NCBI GenBank assembly: GCA_036392135.1
Contig: DASVYO010000088.1
Coordinates: 13,131 to 77,130, forward strand
DNA length: 64,000 bases
Source of the DNA: Solirubrobacteraceae bacterium
GTDB lineage: Bacteria; Actinomycetota; Thermoleophilia; Solirubrobacterales; Solirubrobacteraceae
Reading direction: 5' to 3'
Under the pieces are notes generated by a model. It ran no database searches and had not been told where the DNA came from. It saw nothing but the letters and a program-made list of their open reading frames with translations. Shown here piece after piece: positions 1 to 9,977 of this stretch (within the stretch, counting starts at the first letter, position 1; each line of letters opens with the position of its first letter). The translations under genes were made by a program, and so were the position numbers.

Positions 1-33
1 GGGCGAGCCTGCTGCCCCGCGTTCCGATCCGCA

Positions 34-1461
34 TCAGCCCGCTGACGTGCCGCCCTGGGCAGCCGGGCGCGGCGGCAGCTCGCGGACCTCGGCCACCGGG
101 CCGGTGGGCGCGGTGGACGTCGCGCTGCCCTCCTCCGTGCTCAGGCCGAACAGCTCGCGGACGAGGGCCATCCGGGCGTGCACCCGATCGTCGCGCATCT
201 CCTTCATGCGCACGGTCGGCTCGTGCAGGAGCCGGTTGACCACGCTGCGGGCCACGGCCTCGACCCGCTCCATGTCGCGGGGTGAGGCCGACTCCCACTT
301 GCCCGCGTTCTCCGTCACGACCAGCTCCGCGATGTCGGCCGCGTGCGCCCGCAGCGCGGCCAGCGTCGGCAGCACCTCGAGTGAGCCGAGCCAGGTGGCG
401 AACTGCTGGATCTCCTCCTCAATGATGCCTTCGGCCTTGCGGGCCTCGGTCTGGCGCACCCTGCGGTTGCGGTCGGCCACGGCCTGCAGATCGTCGATGT
501 CGGCCAGCGTGACGCCCTGGACCTCGGCGCAGGCGGCGTCGATGTCGCGGGGCACGGCGAGATCGATCAGCAGCATCGGCCGGTTGGCGCGGCGCTCCAT
601 GACCTCGGCCACCTCACGCACCTCGAGCAGCAGGTGCGGTGAGGCGGTGGCGGCCACCACGATGTCGTGCTCGAGCAGCGCGTCGGGCAGCTGATCCAGG
701 TGCAGGCTGTGGCCGCCGTAGCGGCGCGCCAGATCGAGCGCGCGCTCGCGCCGGCGATTGGCCACGAACACCGGGTGCCCGCCGTTCTCGACCAGCGCCC
801 GCGCGGTCAGCTCGCTGGTCTCGCCGGTGCCCACGATCACCACCTCGCGACCGTCCAGGCCGGAGCGCCCGGACCCGTCGCCGGCCCGCGCCGCCGCCCG
901 CGCGCTGCGGGATGGGCCGAGCTCGGCCAGGCGCTCGCGGATCAGGGCCACGGCCACGCCGGGCAGGCTCAGCTGGCGCTCGCCGATCGCGGTCTCCGTC
1001 CGCACCCGCTTGCCGGTGGCCAGGGCGGCGCGGAACATGCGGTTGGTCAGCGGACCGGTGGTGTCGAGCTCCAGGGCGCTCTCGTAGGCGCGCTTGACCT
1101 GCCCCTGGATCTCGGCCTCACCGACGATCATCGACTCCAGGCCGGCCACGACCCGGTACAGATGGCGGGCGGCGTCACAGTTGCGGTGGCTGTAGATGGC
1201 CTGGGCCAGGCCCGTGGGCCGGATCGCCGCCTGATGGGCCAGCATCGCCAGCACGGTGCTCTCGGCCTCGACCGGATCGCCGACCACCAGGTAGAGCTCC
1301 ATCCGGTTGCAGGTCGAGACCGCCACCGCCTCGTAGACGTCGGTGGCGCCGCGCAGCTCGCGCGTGAACTCCCGCGCCCGGGCGTCCGGCAGGGCCAGGC
1401 GCTCGCGGATCTCCACCGGCGCGGTCTTGAACGAGACGCCGAGGTTGAGCAGCTCGCTCAC
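34..1461 (-). CDS. hemA: Glutamyl-tRNA reductase
   Basis: Catalytic STCNRMELY motif, GLESMIVGEAEIQGQVK, NADPH-binding IVGTGET, DLAVPRDID, C-terminal dimerisation motif LLHEPT. Confidence 0.95.
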   Translation of the reverse strand: MSELLNLGVSFKTAPVEIRERLALPDARAREFTRELRGATDVYEAVAVSTCNRMELYLVVGDPVEAESTVLAMLAHQAAIRPTGLAQAIYSHRNCDAARHLYRVVAGLESMIVGEAEIQGQVKRAYESALELDTTGPLTNRMFRAALATGKRVRTETAIGERQLSLPGVAVALIRERLAELGPSRSARAAARAGDGSGRSGLDGREVVIVGTGETSELTARALVENGGHPVFVANRRRERALDLARRYGGHSLHLDQLPDALLEHDIVVAATASPHLLLEVREVAEVMERRANRPMLLIDLAVPRDIDAACAEVQGVTLADIDDLQAVADRNRRVRQTEARKAEGIIEEEIQQFATWLGSLEVLPTLAALRAHAADIAELVVTENAGKWESASPRDMERVEAVARSVVNRLLHEPTVRMKEMRDDRVHARMALVRELFGLSTEEGSATSTAPTGPVAEVRELPPRPAAQGGTSAG

Positions 1462-1688
1462 AGGGCCGGCTCGCGCTCGCGCTGCTCGTCCGCCGCCGTG
1501 CCGGCGGCGCGGGCCGCCTCGAGCTCACGCTGCAGCTCGGCCAGCTCACGCTCGATCCGCTGGGCGCGCATGGCCATGATGCCCACGTAGACCAGGATCA
1601 GGACCAGGAAGACGATGTACGCGCCGGCCACGAACTTGCCGCTCTGACCGAGCGGGATCGCGGGCGCGGCGGCGAGCACGGCGCTCAT
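1458..1688 (-). CDS. Small membrane protein, CcmD-like heme exporter protein D (76 aa)
   Basis: MSAVLAAAPAIPLGQSGKFVAGAYIVFLVLILVYVGIMAMRAQRIERELAELQRE: one TM helix with AY plus a charged coiled tail. ATGA overlap with ccmC and GTGA overlap with hemA; position after ccmC fits CcmD. Confidence 0.65.
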   Translation of the reverse strand: MSAVLAAAPAIPLGQSGKFVAGAYIVFLVLILVYVGIMAMRAQRIERELAELQRELEAARAAGTAADEQREREPAL

Positions 1689-2422
1689 GACGGTGCCGCG
1701 CTGCGGCCGGCGGGCCGCACGGCGTCCTCGCCGAGCAGGGTCCGGCGCAACCGGCGGACCTGGAAGCGGGTGTTCTTGGTCGTCATCTCGTACTTCCACA
1801 GGGTGGCGAACAGCAGCGCCATCCCCAGCAACGAGACTAGGAAGGTGAGCCGCATCGACCCGGGCAGGTTCCCGCCCCCGAGCGTCAGCACGCGCGGATG
1901 GACGTACTGCTGGGCCAGTCGCACGGCGATGAAGTTGAGCGGCACGAACGCCCCGGCCAGCACCGAGAACACGCTCGCGTAGCGCGATTGGCGCTCCGGG
2001 TCCTCGATCGAGAAGCGCAGCGGCTGGTAGGTGGCGAACAGCAGCAGCACGATCAGGAAGGAGACCAGCGTCGGCTCGTTCCACACCCACCAGTGTCCCC
2101 AGGACGCCTTGGCCCAGATCGAGCCGGTGAGCAGGCCGCCGATCCCGAAGATGAGGGCCATGTGAATGGCGACGTAGGAGCGCAGGTCCCACTTGCGATC
2201 GCCGGTCCGCAGGTAGCCGATGGCCAGCCCACCGCCCAGGATGAATCCGCCCAGCGAGACGATCGCCAGCGGCACGTGCACGTAGAAGATCTTCTGCACG
2301 AAGCCCTGATCGGCGTCCAGCGGCGCGTAGAAGAAGATCAGCGCCAGCGCGAGGCCGATCGTGAGCGTGGTGGCGATGGCGAGGCCGCGAAGCCCCTGGC
2401 CATGAGTCGTTGTGGGGGGCAC
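1685..2422 (-). CDS. ccmC: Heme exporter / cytochrome c biogenesis protein CcmC (WWD family)
   Basis: WGHWWVWNEP tryptophan-rich motif, flanking His in IFYVHVP and YVHPR, six TM helices, adjacent to ccmAB-like genes. Confidence 0.85.
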   Translation of the reverse strand: MPPTTTHGQGLRGLAIATTLTIGLALALIFFYAPLDADQGFVQKIFYVHVPLAIVSLGGFILGGGLAIGYLRTGDRKWDLRSYVAIHMALIFGIGGLLTGSIWAKASWGHWWVWNEPTLVSFLIVLLLFATYQPLRFSIEDPERQSRYASVFSVLAGAFVPLNFIAVRLAQQYVHPRVLTLGGGNLPGSMRLTFLVSLLGMALLFATLWKYEMTTKNTRFQVRRLRRTLLGEDAVRPAGRSAAPS

Positions 2423-2428
2423 TGAGAG

Positions 2429-3100
2429 CTAGTCCTCTAGGAGGAAGTCGAACACTGCGTAGGCCAGCAGCGCGAACACCACATCATAAAGAGACAGGAT
2501 GGCCAGCCACCGCCCCGGCGGCGTGCCGGGGCCGTGCACGGCCAGCAGCGGGCCGGCGGCTCGCGCGGTGGCGATCAGGGCCGGGATCAGCAGCGGCAGC
2601 GCGATCACCGGCCCGATCAGGTCGCGCGCACGGGTGTGTACGGCGATCGCGGAGACGAGCGTGCCGATCACGGCCAGCGCCGCGTCGGCGAGCAGCAGGA
2701 CCAGGATCAGGCCCGGCAGCGCCGGGCCGAGCGGCGGCCCGAGCAGGAACAGGGCGAAGGCGGGCACGGCGACCACCTCGAGGATGACCAGGAACAGGAA
2801 CAGGGCGGTGGCCTTGGCCACCAGCATCGCCGAGCGATCGACCGGGGCGAGCAGGAAGGCGTCGAACCCGCCCTGCTCGCGCTCGGCCACGAACAACCGG
2901 TTGATGCCGAGCATGGCCGCGAACAGCAGCGTGGCGGTCAGCACCCCGGCGGCCAGCTGACCGTCGATCGTGTTCCGGTTCAGGCCGAAGTGGAAGATCA
3001 CGAACGTGACCAGCGCCAGCAGAACCATGGCCGGAATCGTCTCGAGCGTGCGCAGCTCCAGCCGCAGGTCCTTGCGCAGGACGGCGAGCGCGACCCTCAC
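2429..3100 (-). CDS. ccmB: Heme exporter permease CcmB
   Basis: KDLRLELRT N-terminus, FVAEREQGGFD...LLAP, AKA motif, LPLLIP; hydrophobic six-TM profile between ccmA and ccmC. Confidence 0.85.
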   Translation of the reverse strand: MRVALAVLRKDLRLELRTLETIPAMVLLALVTFVIFHFGLNRNTIDGQLAAGVLTATLLFAAMLGINRLFVAEREQGGFDAFLLAPVDRSAMLVAKATALFLFLVILEVVAVPAFALFLLGPPLGPALPGLILVLLLADAALAVIGTLVSAIAVHTRARDLIGPVIALPLLIPALIATARAAGPLLAVHGPGTPPGRWLAILSLYDVVFALLAYAVFDFLLED

Positions 3101-3786
3101 GCGTACAGCTCCCGCACACGCTCCGGGCCGAACTCCTGCGGAGCGCCCGCGAACACGACCCGCCCATCCCGGAGCGCCAGCACGGCGTCGGCCTCGGCCA
3201 GCGCAGCCTGGGGATCATGGCTGGTCAACACGCGCGTGCGCCCGGAGGCCCGGCCGATCAGCGGCTCGACCAGCTCGGCGGCCGCCGGATCGAGGTTGGC
3301 CCGGGGCTCGTCCAGCAGCAGCAGCGGCGGGTCGTGCAGCACCGCGCGGGCGATGGCCAGCCGCTGCACCATCCCGCGCGAGAGCAGCCGCACCGGGTCC
3401 TCGGCCCGGCGGTCCATGGCCACCGCGGCCAGCACCTCCTCCACGCGCCCACGGTCCACACCGTGCAGGCGGGCGTGGTACTCGAGGTTCTCGCGCCCGC
3501 TCAGCTCCCGGTACAGCAGCGGCTCATGGGCGAGCAGGCCGATCCGGGCCCGCACCGCCCAGGCCCGCTTGGGCAGGGGCTCGCCGAACACCTCGACCTC
3601 ACCGGCGTGCGGACGCAGCAGCGCGGCCAGGATCCGCAGCAGGGTCGACTTCCCGGCCCCGTTGCGACCCAGGACGGCCAGCGTCGCGCCGGCCGCGACC
3701 TGCGCCGACACCTGGCTCAGCGCGACTCGCTCGCCGAAATAGCGGGCCAGTCCGCGGAGCTCAATGGCCGGGCGTTCGGTGTCCAC
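3097..3786 (-). CDS. ccmA: Heme ABC exporter ATP-binding protein CcmA
   Basis: Walker A GRNGAGKST, signature LSRGMVQR, Walker B LLLDEP; directly upstream of ccmB. Confidence 0.8.
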   Translation of the reverse strand: MDTERPAIELRGLARYFGERVALSQVSAQVAAGATLAVLGRNGAGKSTLLRILAALLRPHAGEVEVFGEPLPKRAWAVRARIGLLAHEPLLYRELSGRENLEYHARLHGVDRGRVEEVLAAVAMDRRAEDPVRLLSRGMVQRLAIARAVLHDPPLLLLDEPRANLDPAAAELVEPLIGRASGRTRVLTSHDPQAALAEADAVLALRDGRVVFAGAPQEFGPERVRELYA

Positions 3787-4249
3787 CCTCGCGCTGCAGC
3801 GTGGCCACGGCGTGTTCGAGCGTCGGCGCGATGACCGGAAAGAGCTCGCCGATCGCCTTCGGGTTGCCGGGGAAGTTGACGATCAGCGCCCGGCCGCAGA
3901 GGCCCGACACGCCGCGGGTGAGGAGCCCCATCGGCGTGTGCCGGAGGGCCTCGGCGCGCATCGCCTCGGCAAAGCCGGGCGCCTGGCGGTCGATCACGGC
4001 CAGGGTCGCCTCCGGCGTGACGTCGTCGTCGGTGAGGCCCGTGCCGCCGGTGGTGAAGATCAGCGCCGCGCCCGCCGCGGCCTGCCGGCGTAGCCAGTCC
4101 TCGATCGCCACCCGGTCATCGGGCAGCACGTCGCGGGCCACCACCTCCGCCCCGGCCGCCGTCGCGTGCTCGGCCAGAGCCTGGCCTGAGAGGTCCTCGG
4201 TCTGACCGGCGGCCACCGAGGTGGACACGGTGAGGATCGCGGTGTGCAT
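3761..4249 (-). CDS. MogA/MoaB family molybdopterin adenylyltransferase
   Basis: ILTVS, DLSG, TTGGTG, DVTPEAT, NFPGNP motifs. Confidence 0.88.
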   Translation of the reverse strand: MHTAILTVSTSVAAGQTEDLSGQALAEHATAAGAEVVARDVLPDDRVAIEDWLRRQAAAGAALIFTTGGTGLTDDDVTPEATLAVIDRQAPGFAEAMRAEALRHTPMGLLTRGVSGLCGRALIVNFPGNPKAIGELFPVIAPTLEHAVATLQREGGHRTPGH

Positions 4250-4285
4250 CGGCGGGGCTGAGGATAAGCGGCCAGACGCGCGGCG

Positions 4286-4762
4286 TCAGGCGCGCCGCCA
4301 CTCGCCCGAGCGCCCGCCCGACTTGCTGAGCAGGGCGACCGAGGCGATCTCGGCGCCGCGCTCCACCCCCTTGACCATGTCGTAGACGGTCAGCGCGGCC
4401 ACGGAGGCGGCCGTCAGAGCCTCCATCTCGACCCCGGTGGGGCCGGTTGTCCGCGCCTCGGCGATCAGCTCGATCGTGCCCGCCTCGACATCGATCTCGC
4501 CCTCCACGCCGACGAACGACAGCGCCAGGGGATGGCACAGGGGGATCAGCTCGGCGGTCCGCTTGGCGGCCTGGATGCCGGCGATCCGGGCCACTCCGAG
4601 CACATCGCCCTTGGGCGCATCGCCGTCGCGCACGCGCGCCGCGGTCTCGCGGCTCACGCGGATCAGGGCTCGCGCCCGCGCCGTGCGGAGGCTGCTCGGC
4701 TTGTCGGCCACGTCGACCATCCGGGCGTGGCCGGCGGCGTCGAGGTGGGTCAGCTCACTCAT
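4286..4762 (-). CDS. moaC: Cyclic pyranopterin monophosphate synthase
   Basis: [51 protein letters not shown]. Start at ATG 4762, overlapping the upstream stop. Confidence 0.95.
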   Translation of the reverse strand: MSELTHLDAAGHARMVDVADKPSSLRTARARALIRVSRETAARVRDGDAPKGDVLGVARIAGIQAAKRTAELIPLCHPLALSFVGVEGEIDVEAGTIELIAEARTTGPTGVEMEALTAASVAALTVYDMVKGVERGAEIASVALLSKSGGRSGEWRRA

Positions 4763-5499
4763 CCGGCGGGCGTGTGGGCGTGCCGCGCGGACTCGATCAG
4801 CTCGCGCACCCGGTCGACCTCGCCCTCGCGCAGCAGCTCGATCGGGTCGGGGTCGCCGTTGACGATCCCCTCGAAGAAGGCCTTGCGGTCCTGGTAGGTG
4901 GGCAGTGTCGACTTGGCCCAGCCGCGCGCGTCGTTGAGCATCACGGCCAGCTGGGCGTAGGGCTCCCCGAACAGCTCGGCGATCTCGCGCTTCATTCGCT
5001 TGGCCAGCGCGGGCGAGGCGCCGGCGGTCGAGATGGCGACGGCCAGCGGGCCGGTGCGCACGATCGCCGGCAGGATGAAGTTGCACAGCGGCGGGACGTC
5101 GACCACGTTGACCAGCATCGCCCGCCGCTCGGCGGCGTTGAACACGCTGATGTTGACGTCGGTGTCGTCGGTGGCCGCGATCGCGATCAGCGCGCCCTCG
5201 AGGTCCGTCTCCCGGAACTCGCGTCGGACCCACTCGATTGAGCCCTCGAGGGCCAGATCGACCAGGCCCGGATGGGCCTCGGGCGCGACCAGGGTCACGC
5301 TGGCGTCGCAGGCCAGCAGTCCCTCGACCTTCTCCAGGCCGATCTCGCCGCCGCCGATGACCAGACACCGCCGCCCCGTGAGCTTCAGGCAGGCGATGTA
5401 GAAGGGCGTCTCGAGCATGTCCTTGACGCAGCTCTGATCGCAGATCCCCTTGCGGAACTGGCAGACGCACTCCTTGCCGGCGTAGGCCTGGGCGGGCAT
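4759..5499 (-). CDS. sirC: Precorrin-2 dehydrogenase / sirohydrochlorin ferrochelatase (SirC/Met8p/CysG N-terminal type) with Cys-rich N-terminal extension
   Basis: LVIGGGEIG Rossmann motif, [34 protein letters not shown]. Start ATG 5499 has TAGGCT 7 nt upstream. Confidence 0.85.
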   Translation of the reverse strand: MPAQAYAGKECVCQFRKGICDQSCVKDMLETPFYIACLKLTGRRCLVIGGGEIGLEKVEGLLACDASVTLVAPEAHPGLVDLALEGSIEWVRREFRETDLEGALIAIAATDDTDVNISVFNAAERRAMLVNVVDVPPLCNFILPAIVRTGPLAVAISTAGASPALAKRMKREIAELFGEPYAQLAVMLNDARGWAKSTLPTYQDRKAFFEGIVNGDPDPIELLREGEVDRVRELIESARHAHTPAG

Positions 5500-5506
5500 G
5501 CGCCTA

Positions 5507-5512
5507 AGCCTA
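5507..5512 (-). promoter_or_regulatory. -10 element (TAGGCT) of a leaderless promoter for the sirC...hemA operon
   Basis: TANNNT hexamer 7 nt upstream of ATG 5499 on the minus strand. Confidence 0.6.
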
Positions 5513-5574
5513 GCCCGTGGGCCGCCGCGGCCCGGCGTCCGCAGGCTGCGCCCACATCGCGGCCCGGGCCACAC

Positions 5575-5622
5575 CCAATCTGGCGCCCACCCCGTCCAGA
5601 TCCGAAAGGTGCGCGCCAGATT
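5575..5622. repeat. REP-like hairpin, related to the repeats at 27800-27912
   Basis: Arms AATCTGGCGC (5577-5586) and GCGCCAGATT (5613-5622) are perfect complements. The loop contains AGATCCG, and the 48-nt unit aligns with 27863-27910. Confidence 0.75.
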
Positions 5623-5688
5623 CCCCTCCACGGCCCGGCGAGCGGGCGCCCCACGAGACAGCCCGGCGACCCGGCGACCCGGGGATCT

Positions 5689-5706
5689 CGGGTGGAGGCC
5701 CACCCG
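5689..5706 (-). terminator. GC-rich hairpin, possible terminator of the aldehyde dehydrogenase gene
   Basis: CGGGTGG-AGGC-CCACCCG 7-bp stem about 30 nt past the ALDH stop; no U-tract. Confidence 0.35.
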
Positions 5707-5738
5707 GACCCTCTCGCCCCCGAGGCCGGCCCAACCGG

Positions 5739-7331
5739 TCAGCGCTTCAGCGCGTCCCGCGCCAGCCGCGAGCCGAGACGCAGCAGCGGCCGGGTGCCCG
5801 CCCGCAGCGCGGCGGCCCGGATCGAGGGGCGCCCGTAGAGGATCGTCGCCGTCTGGCGCAGGGCGCGTCCCAGCGTCTCGTCATAGGGATGCCACCAGGG
5901 GTCGCGCACCTTCGAGGGCTCCCACACGCGCAGCTTCACGTTCACGCATTCGTACAGACCGAACTTCGAATGGGTGCGCCCGAGTCCCGACTCCTTGACC
6001 CCGCCCCACGCGAGCTGGCAGGCCCCGTGGCTGAACATGTGATCGTTGATCCACACCATCCCCGACTGCAGCTCTCCGGCCATGCGCTCGCCCCGCCCCC
6101 GGTCGCTCGTCCAGATCGACGCGCCGAGTCCGAACACGCTGTCATTGGCCAGGGCGACGGCCTCATCCTCGGAGTCGACGATCATGATCGGCAGCACCGG
6201 CCCGAAGGTCTCCTCCCGCATGATCCGCATGTCGTGGCTGACCCCGGTCAGCACGGTGGGGGCGTAGAAGGCGCCCCGCAGGCCGGGCGGCGGGGTGGCC
6301 ACCGGGCCCCCGCACTCGAGCTTGGCGCCGTGGGCGAGCGCATCGTCGACCAGCTCGGCGACCTGGGCGTGCTGCTCGGCGGTGATCATCGGCCCGATCT
6401 CCGTCCGCCAGTCGCGCGGGTCGCCGACCCTCAGCGCCTGGGCTCCGCGGACCACGCCGGTGATGAAGCGCTCCGAGACCTCGCGCATCACGTACACGCG
6501 CTCGATCCCGGCGCAGGTCTGGCCCGCGTTGGCAAACCCGCCCCACAGCGCTCCGGCCACGGCGTGGTCGAGGTTGGCGTCGCCGAGCACGATCATCGGG
6601 TCCTTCCCGCCCAGCTCGAGCACCGAGCCCTTCAGCCGCCGGGCACACGCCTCGCCCACCGCGCGGCCCGTCTCGACCGAGCCGGTGAAGAAGATCTTGG
6701 CCGCGCTCGACTCGACCAGCGCCGAGCCGGTGCCCGGCCCGTGGATGACCCGCACGAGACCGTCCGGGAATCCGGCGCGCTCGAATACGCGCCCGATCCG
6801 GGCCCCGATCAGCGGGGTCAGCGAGGCCGGCTTGAGCACGACGCCGTTGCCGGCCATCAGCGCCAGCGCCACCTCGCCGAAGGGGATGCTCCACGGGTAG
6901 TTCCAGGGCGCGATCACGCCGACCACGCCCAGCGGCTCGTAGGTGAACGCCGACCGCTTGGTCTTCAGGAACAGCTGGGGCATGTCGACCGGCTCGTCGG
7001 CCAGGATCGCCTGGCCCTCCCGGGCGATCCAGTTGAGCGCATCGATCGTGGGCAGGAGCTCCATCGAGAAGGCCTCGTTGCGCGGCTTGCCCTGCTCGGC
7101 CACGATCAGATCCCGGATCTCATCGGCCTCGTCGATCAGCACCTGAGCGGCGCGCCGCATGTAGCGGGCCCGGTCCGGCAGGCGCAGCTGCGACCAGATC
7201 GGCTGCACCTGGGCGACGGCGTCGACCACCGCCTGGACGTCCTCCGGGGCGGTGCTCGGCACCGACCCGAGGCGCGCGCCGGTGCTGGGGCTGAACGATT
7301 CGAGCAACGCGGCTTGCGTCGTCGCGGCCAT
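5739..7331 (-). CDS. Aldehyde dehydrogenase family protein
   Basis: [27 protein letters not shown], catalytic [22 protein letters not shown]-like WGGVKESG. Confidence 0.95.
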   Translation of the reverse strand: MAATTQAALLESFSPSTGARLGSVPSTAPEDVQAVVDAVAQVQPIWSQLRLPDRARYMRRAAQVLIDEADEIRDLIVAEQGKPRNEAFSMELLPTIDALNWIAREGQAILADEPVDMPQLFLKTKRSAFTYEPLGVVGVIAPWNYPWSIPFGEVALALMAGNGVVLKPASLTPLIGARIGRVFERAGFPDGLVRVIHGPGTGSALVESSAAKIFFTGSVETGRAVGEACARRLKGSVLELGGKDPMIVLGDANLDHAVAGALWGGFANAGQTCAGIERVYVMREVSERFITGVVRGAQALRVGDPRDWRTEIGPMITAEQHAQVAELVDDALAHGAKLECGGPVATPPPGLRGAFYAPTVLTGVSHDMRIMREETFGPVLPIMIVDSEDEAVALANDSVFGLGASIWTSDRGRGERMAGELQSGMVWINDHMFSHGACQLAWGGVKESGLGRTHSKFGLYECVNVKLRVWEPSKVRDPWWHPYDETLGRALRQTATILYGRPSIRAAALRAGTRPLLRLGSRLARDALKR

Positions 7332-7353
7332 GGCGGCAGAGGCTACCGGCCGG

Positions 7354-7737
7354 CTACGCGGCGCGGGCTCGGCGCAGGGCCTCGGCCCGCCCGACCAGGG
7401 CGTCGGCCAGCAGCGCCTCGAGACCGTCGGTGAGCGCGTGGTCGCTGACCAGCATCCGCGGTCCCGCCTCGGGCCGATCCAGGTCGATCGCCCCGAAGCC
7501 GACCACGGTCTCGGCCGTGCCGACCAGCGCCGCCGCGGTGATGGCCAGCTGATGGCGGGGATCGGCGCGCAGCAGGCGAGCTACCTGGAGGGCCTCCGGC
7601 GCCCGGTCCTCCCGCCTCAGGAGAGCCTCGATCTGCGCCAGATCCCGTCGCCGGGCCAGGCGCAGCCGCACCCGCGGACCCCGCGGGAGGGTGTAGGACC
7701 GGGCCAGGAGAGCCCCTGGATCAGCGGCGGGAGCCAT
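7354..7737 (-). CDS. Hypothetical protein (127 aa), resembles the N-terminal half of a GNAT-like fold
   Basis: RVRLRLARRRD...VVGFGAID pattern; TACCGT -10 element 7 nt upstream of the ATG. Confidence 0.6.
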   Translation of the reverse strand: MAPAADPGALLARSYTLPRGPRVRLRLARRRDLAQIEALLRREDRAPEALQVARLLRADPRHQLAITAAALVGTAETVVGFGAIDLDRPEAGPRMLVSDHALTDGLEALLADALVGRAEALRRARAA

Positions 7738-7784
7738 TTCCTACACGGTAGTAGCTTCAGCGCCAGATTCCTGTGAAGGCCTGG

Positions 7785-9101
7785 TTATGGGCGGTTTCTT
7801 GCCGTCTGGGCACGACCGCGGGCCCGCTCGATCTCCTCCCGGCGCCGGCGCAGCTCGGCCTCGGCGTCGTCGGGCGCGTAGAAGCGCGCCCCCGCGGCGG
7901 CCTCGGGCAGCAGCTCCTGGGCCGAGAAGTGCCCCGGGTGGCGGTGCGGATTGTCATAGCCACCATCGCTGCGGGTCGAGGAGCGCAGATGGGCGGGCGG
8001 CGGGGCCGCACCGCGCTCGGCGATGTGGGAGCGGGCGGCGAACACGGCCCGCTTGGCGGCGTCCGACTTGGGGGCCAGCGACAGGTAGATCGCGGCCTGG
8101 GCCAGGGCGAACTGGCACTCGGGCAGCCCGACGTGCTCGACGGCCGCCGCCGCGGCGGTCGCCACCACCAGCGCCTGCGGGTCGGCGTTGCCGATGTCCT
8201 CCGAGGCCAGCACGACCATCCGCCGTACGATGAACCGGGGATCCTCGCCGCCCTCGAGCATCACCGCCAGGTAGTAGAGCGAGGCGTCGGGGTCCGAGCC
8301 CCGGGTGGCCTTGATCCAGGCCGAGATCGTGTCGTAATGGCGGTCGGCCTGCCGGTCGTAGAGCAGCGCCCGGCGTTGCAGGGCATCCTCGGCGTGGGCC
8401 AGGGAAACGGGGTTCTCTGCGCCCGCCGCCTCGCAGGCCAGCTCGAGCGCGTTGAGCGCCGAGCGGGCATCGCCGCCCGAGCGCTCGGCCAGGAACTCGA
8501 GGGCCTCGGCCCGGACGCGCTCGGGCGCTCCGCAGTGGCCCGAGGCCACCGCCCGGTCCAGCAGGCGGCGGACGTCGGCCGCCTTCAGCGCCTCCAGCTC
8601 GTACAGGTGGCTGCGCGAGATCAGGGCGGAGTTGACCTCGAAGTAGGGGTTCTCGGTGGTGGCCCCGATCAGCGTGATCAGGCCGTCCTCCACGGCGGGC
8701 AGCAGGGCATCCTGCTGGGCCTTGTTGAAGCGGTGGATCTCGTCCAAGAAGAACACGGTCCGGCGGCCGGAGCGCAGGCGCCCGCGCGCCCGCTCGATCA
8801 CCGCCCGCACCTCGGCCCGCCCGGCCGCGACCGCGCTCTCCTCCTCAAAGACGGCTCCGGAGGCGTGGGCGACCAGCCGGGCCAGGGTGGTCTTGCCGCT
8901 GCCCGGCGGCCCGTGCAGGATCATCGAGTGGGGGCGGCCCTCCTCGATCGCCCGCCGCAGCGCCGAGCCCGGGGCCAGCAGTTGCTCCTGCCCGACCAGC
9001 TCGTCCAGGCTGCGCGGACGCATGCGCGTGGCCAGCGGCGCACCGTCGGCCGGGGCCGGCCCGGGCGCCTCGCCGGCGCCGTCGCTGAACAGTTGATCCA
9101 T
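7785..9101 (-). CDS. rarA: Replication-associated recombination protein A (MgsA/RarA AAA+ ATPase)
   Basis: [57 protein letters not shown]. Confidence 0.93.
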   Translation of the reverse strand: MDQLFSDGAGEAPGPAPADGAPLATRMRPRSLDELVGQEQLLAPGSALRRAIEEGRPHSMILHGPPGSGKTTLARLVAHASGAVFEEESAVAAGRAEVRAVIERARGRLRSGRRTVFFLDEIHRFNKAQQDALLPAVEDGLITLIGATTENPYFEVNSALISRSHLYELEALKAADVRRLLDRAVASGHCGAPERVRAEALEFLAERSGGDARSALNALELACEAAGAENPVSLAHAEDALQRRALLYDRQADRHYDTISAWIKATRGSDPDASLYYLAVMLEGGEDPRFIVRRMVVLASEDIGNADPQALVVATAAAAAVEHVGLPECQFALAQAAIYLSLAPKSDAAKRAVFAARSHIAERGAAPPPAHLRSSTRSDGGYDNPHRHPGHFSAQELLPEAAAGARFYAPDDAEAELRRRREEIERARGRAQTARNRP

Positions 9102-9191
9102 CACCCGGAGTATGGACCGTGGCTCCCGGTGCGGCGGGCGGCAGCCGCGCCGCGCGGCGCTCACCTCAATCCGCGGCGGCCGGCGGCTGCC

Positions 9192-9977
9192 TCAGCCCCG
9201 CAGGGCACTCAGCACGGTGTCGTGCAGCAGCCCGTTGGTGGACACCCCGTCACCGCCATCGGCCCGCTCCACCCCGTCCAGGTCGGTCATCCGGCCCCCG
9301 GCCTCCCGCACCACGACCAGGATGGCCGCCAGATCCCACAGCGACACGCCGGGATCGACGGCGATCTCGGCCGCGCCCTCGGCGACCAGCATGTGCTGCC
9401 AGAAGTCGCCGTAGCCGCGGGTCCGCCAGCAGCGCGCGCTGAGGCGCAGCAGCGCCTGAAGGCGCCCGTCAGCCTGCCAGCCGTCGAAGTCCGAGAAGCA
9501 CAGCTGGGCGTCGCGCAGCTCCCGCACCCGGGATACGTGCAGGCGCCGCTCGGAACCGTTCTCACGCGCGAACGCGCCCTGCCCGCGGACCGCCCACCAG
9601 CGCCGGCCGAGGGCCGGGGCGGAGACCAGGCCCAGGTTCAGCTCCCCCTGCTCTTCGAGGGCCAGCAGGGTGGCCCACACGGGAACCCCGCGGACGTAGC
9701 TCTTGGTTCCGTCGATCGGGTCGACGATCCAGCGCCGTGCGGCCTGGCCGTCCGCACCGGCTCCGTACTCCTCACCGACCACGGCGTCGGCGGGCCGGAC
9801 CGCGGCGAGGTGGCGGCGCAGCTCGCGCTCGACCGCCTTGTCGGCCTCGCTGACGGGGGTCAGGTCGGGCTTGGTCTCGACGGCGAGATCGTCGGCCCTG
9901 AAGCGGTCCATGGTGATCGCGTCGGCGGCGTCGGCCAGCTCGTGGGCAAGGGCGAGATCCGTCTCGGGAGCGGCCAC
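9192..9977 (-). CDS. hisN: Histidinol-phosphatase, inositol monophosphatase family
   Basis: VETKPDLTPVSEAD, VGEEYG, WIVDPIDGTKSYVRG, GDFWQHMLVAEG, WDLAA. GTG 9977 chosen because TAGGAT lies 7 nt upstream. Confidence 0.85.
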   Translation of the reverse strand: MAAPETDLALAHELADAADAITMDRFRADDLAVETKPDLTPVSEADKAVERELRRHLAAVRPADAVVGEEYGAGADGQAARRWIVDPIDGTKSYVRGVPVWATLLALEEQGELNLGLVSAPALGRRWWAVRGQGAFARENGSERRLHVSRVRELRDAQLCFSDFDGWQADGRLQALLRLSARCWRTRGYGDFWQHMLVAEGAAEIAVDPGVSLWDLAAILVVVREAGGRMTDLDGVERADGGDGVSTNGLLHDTVLSALRG

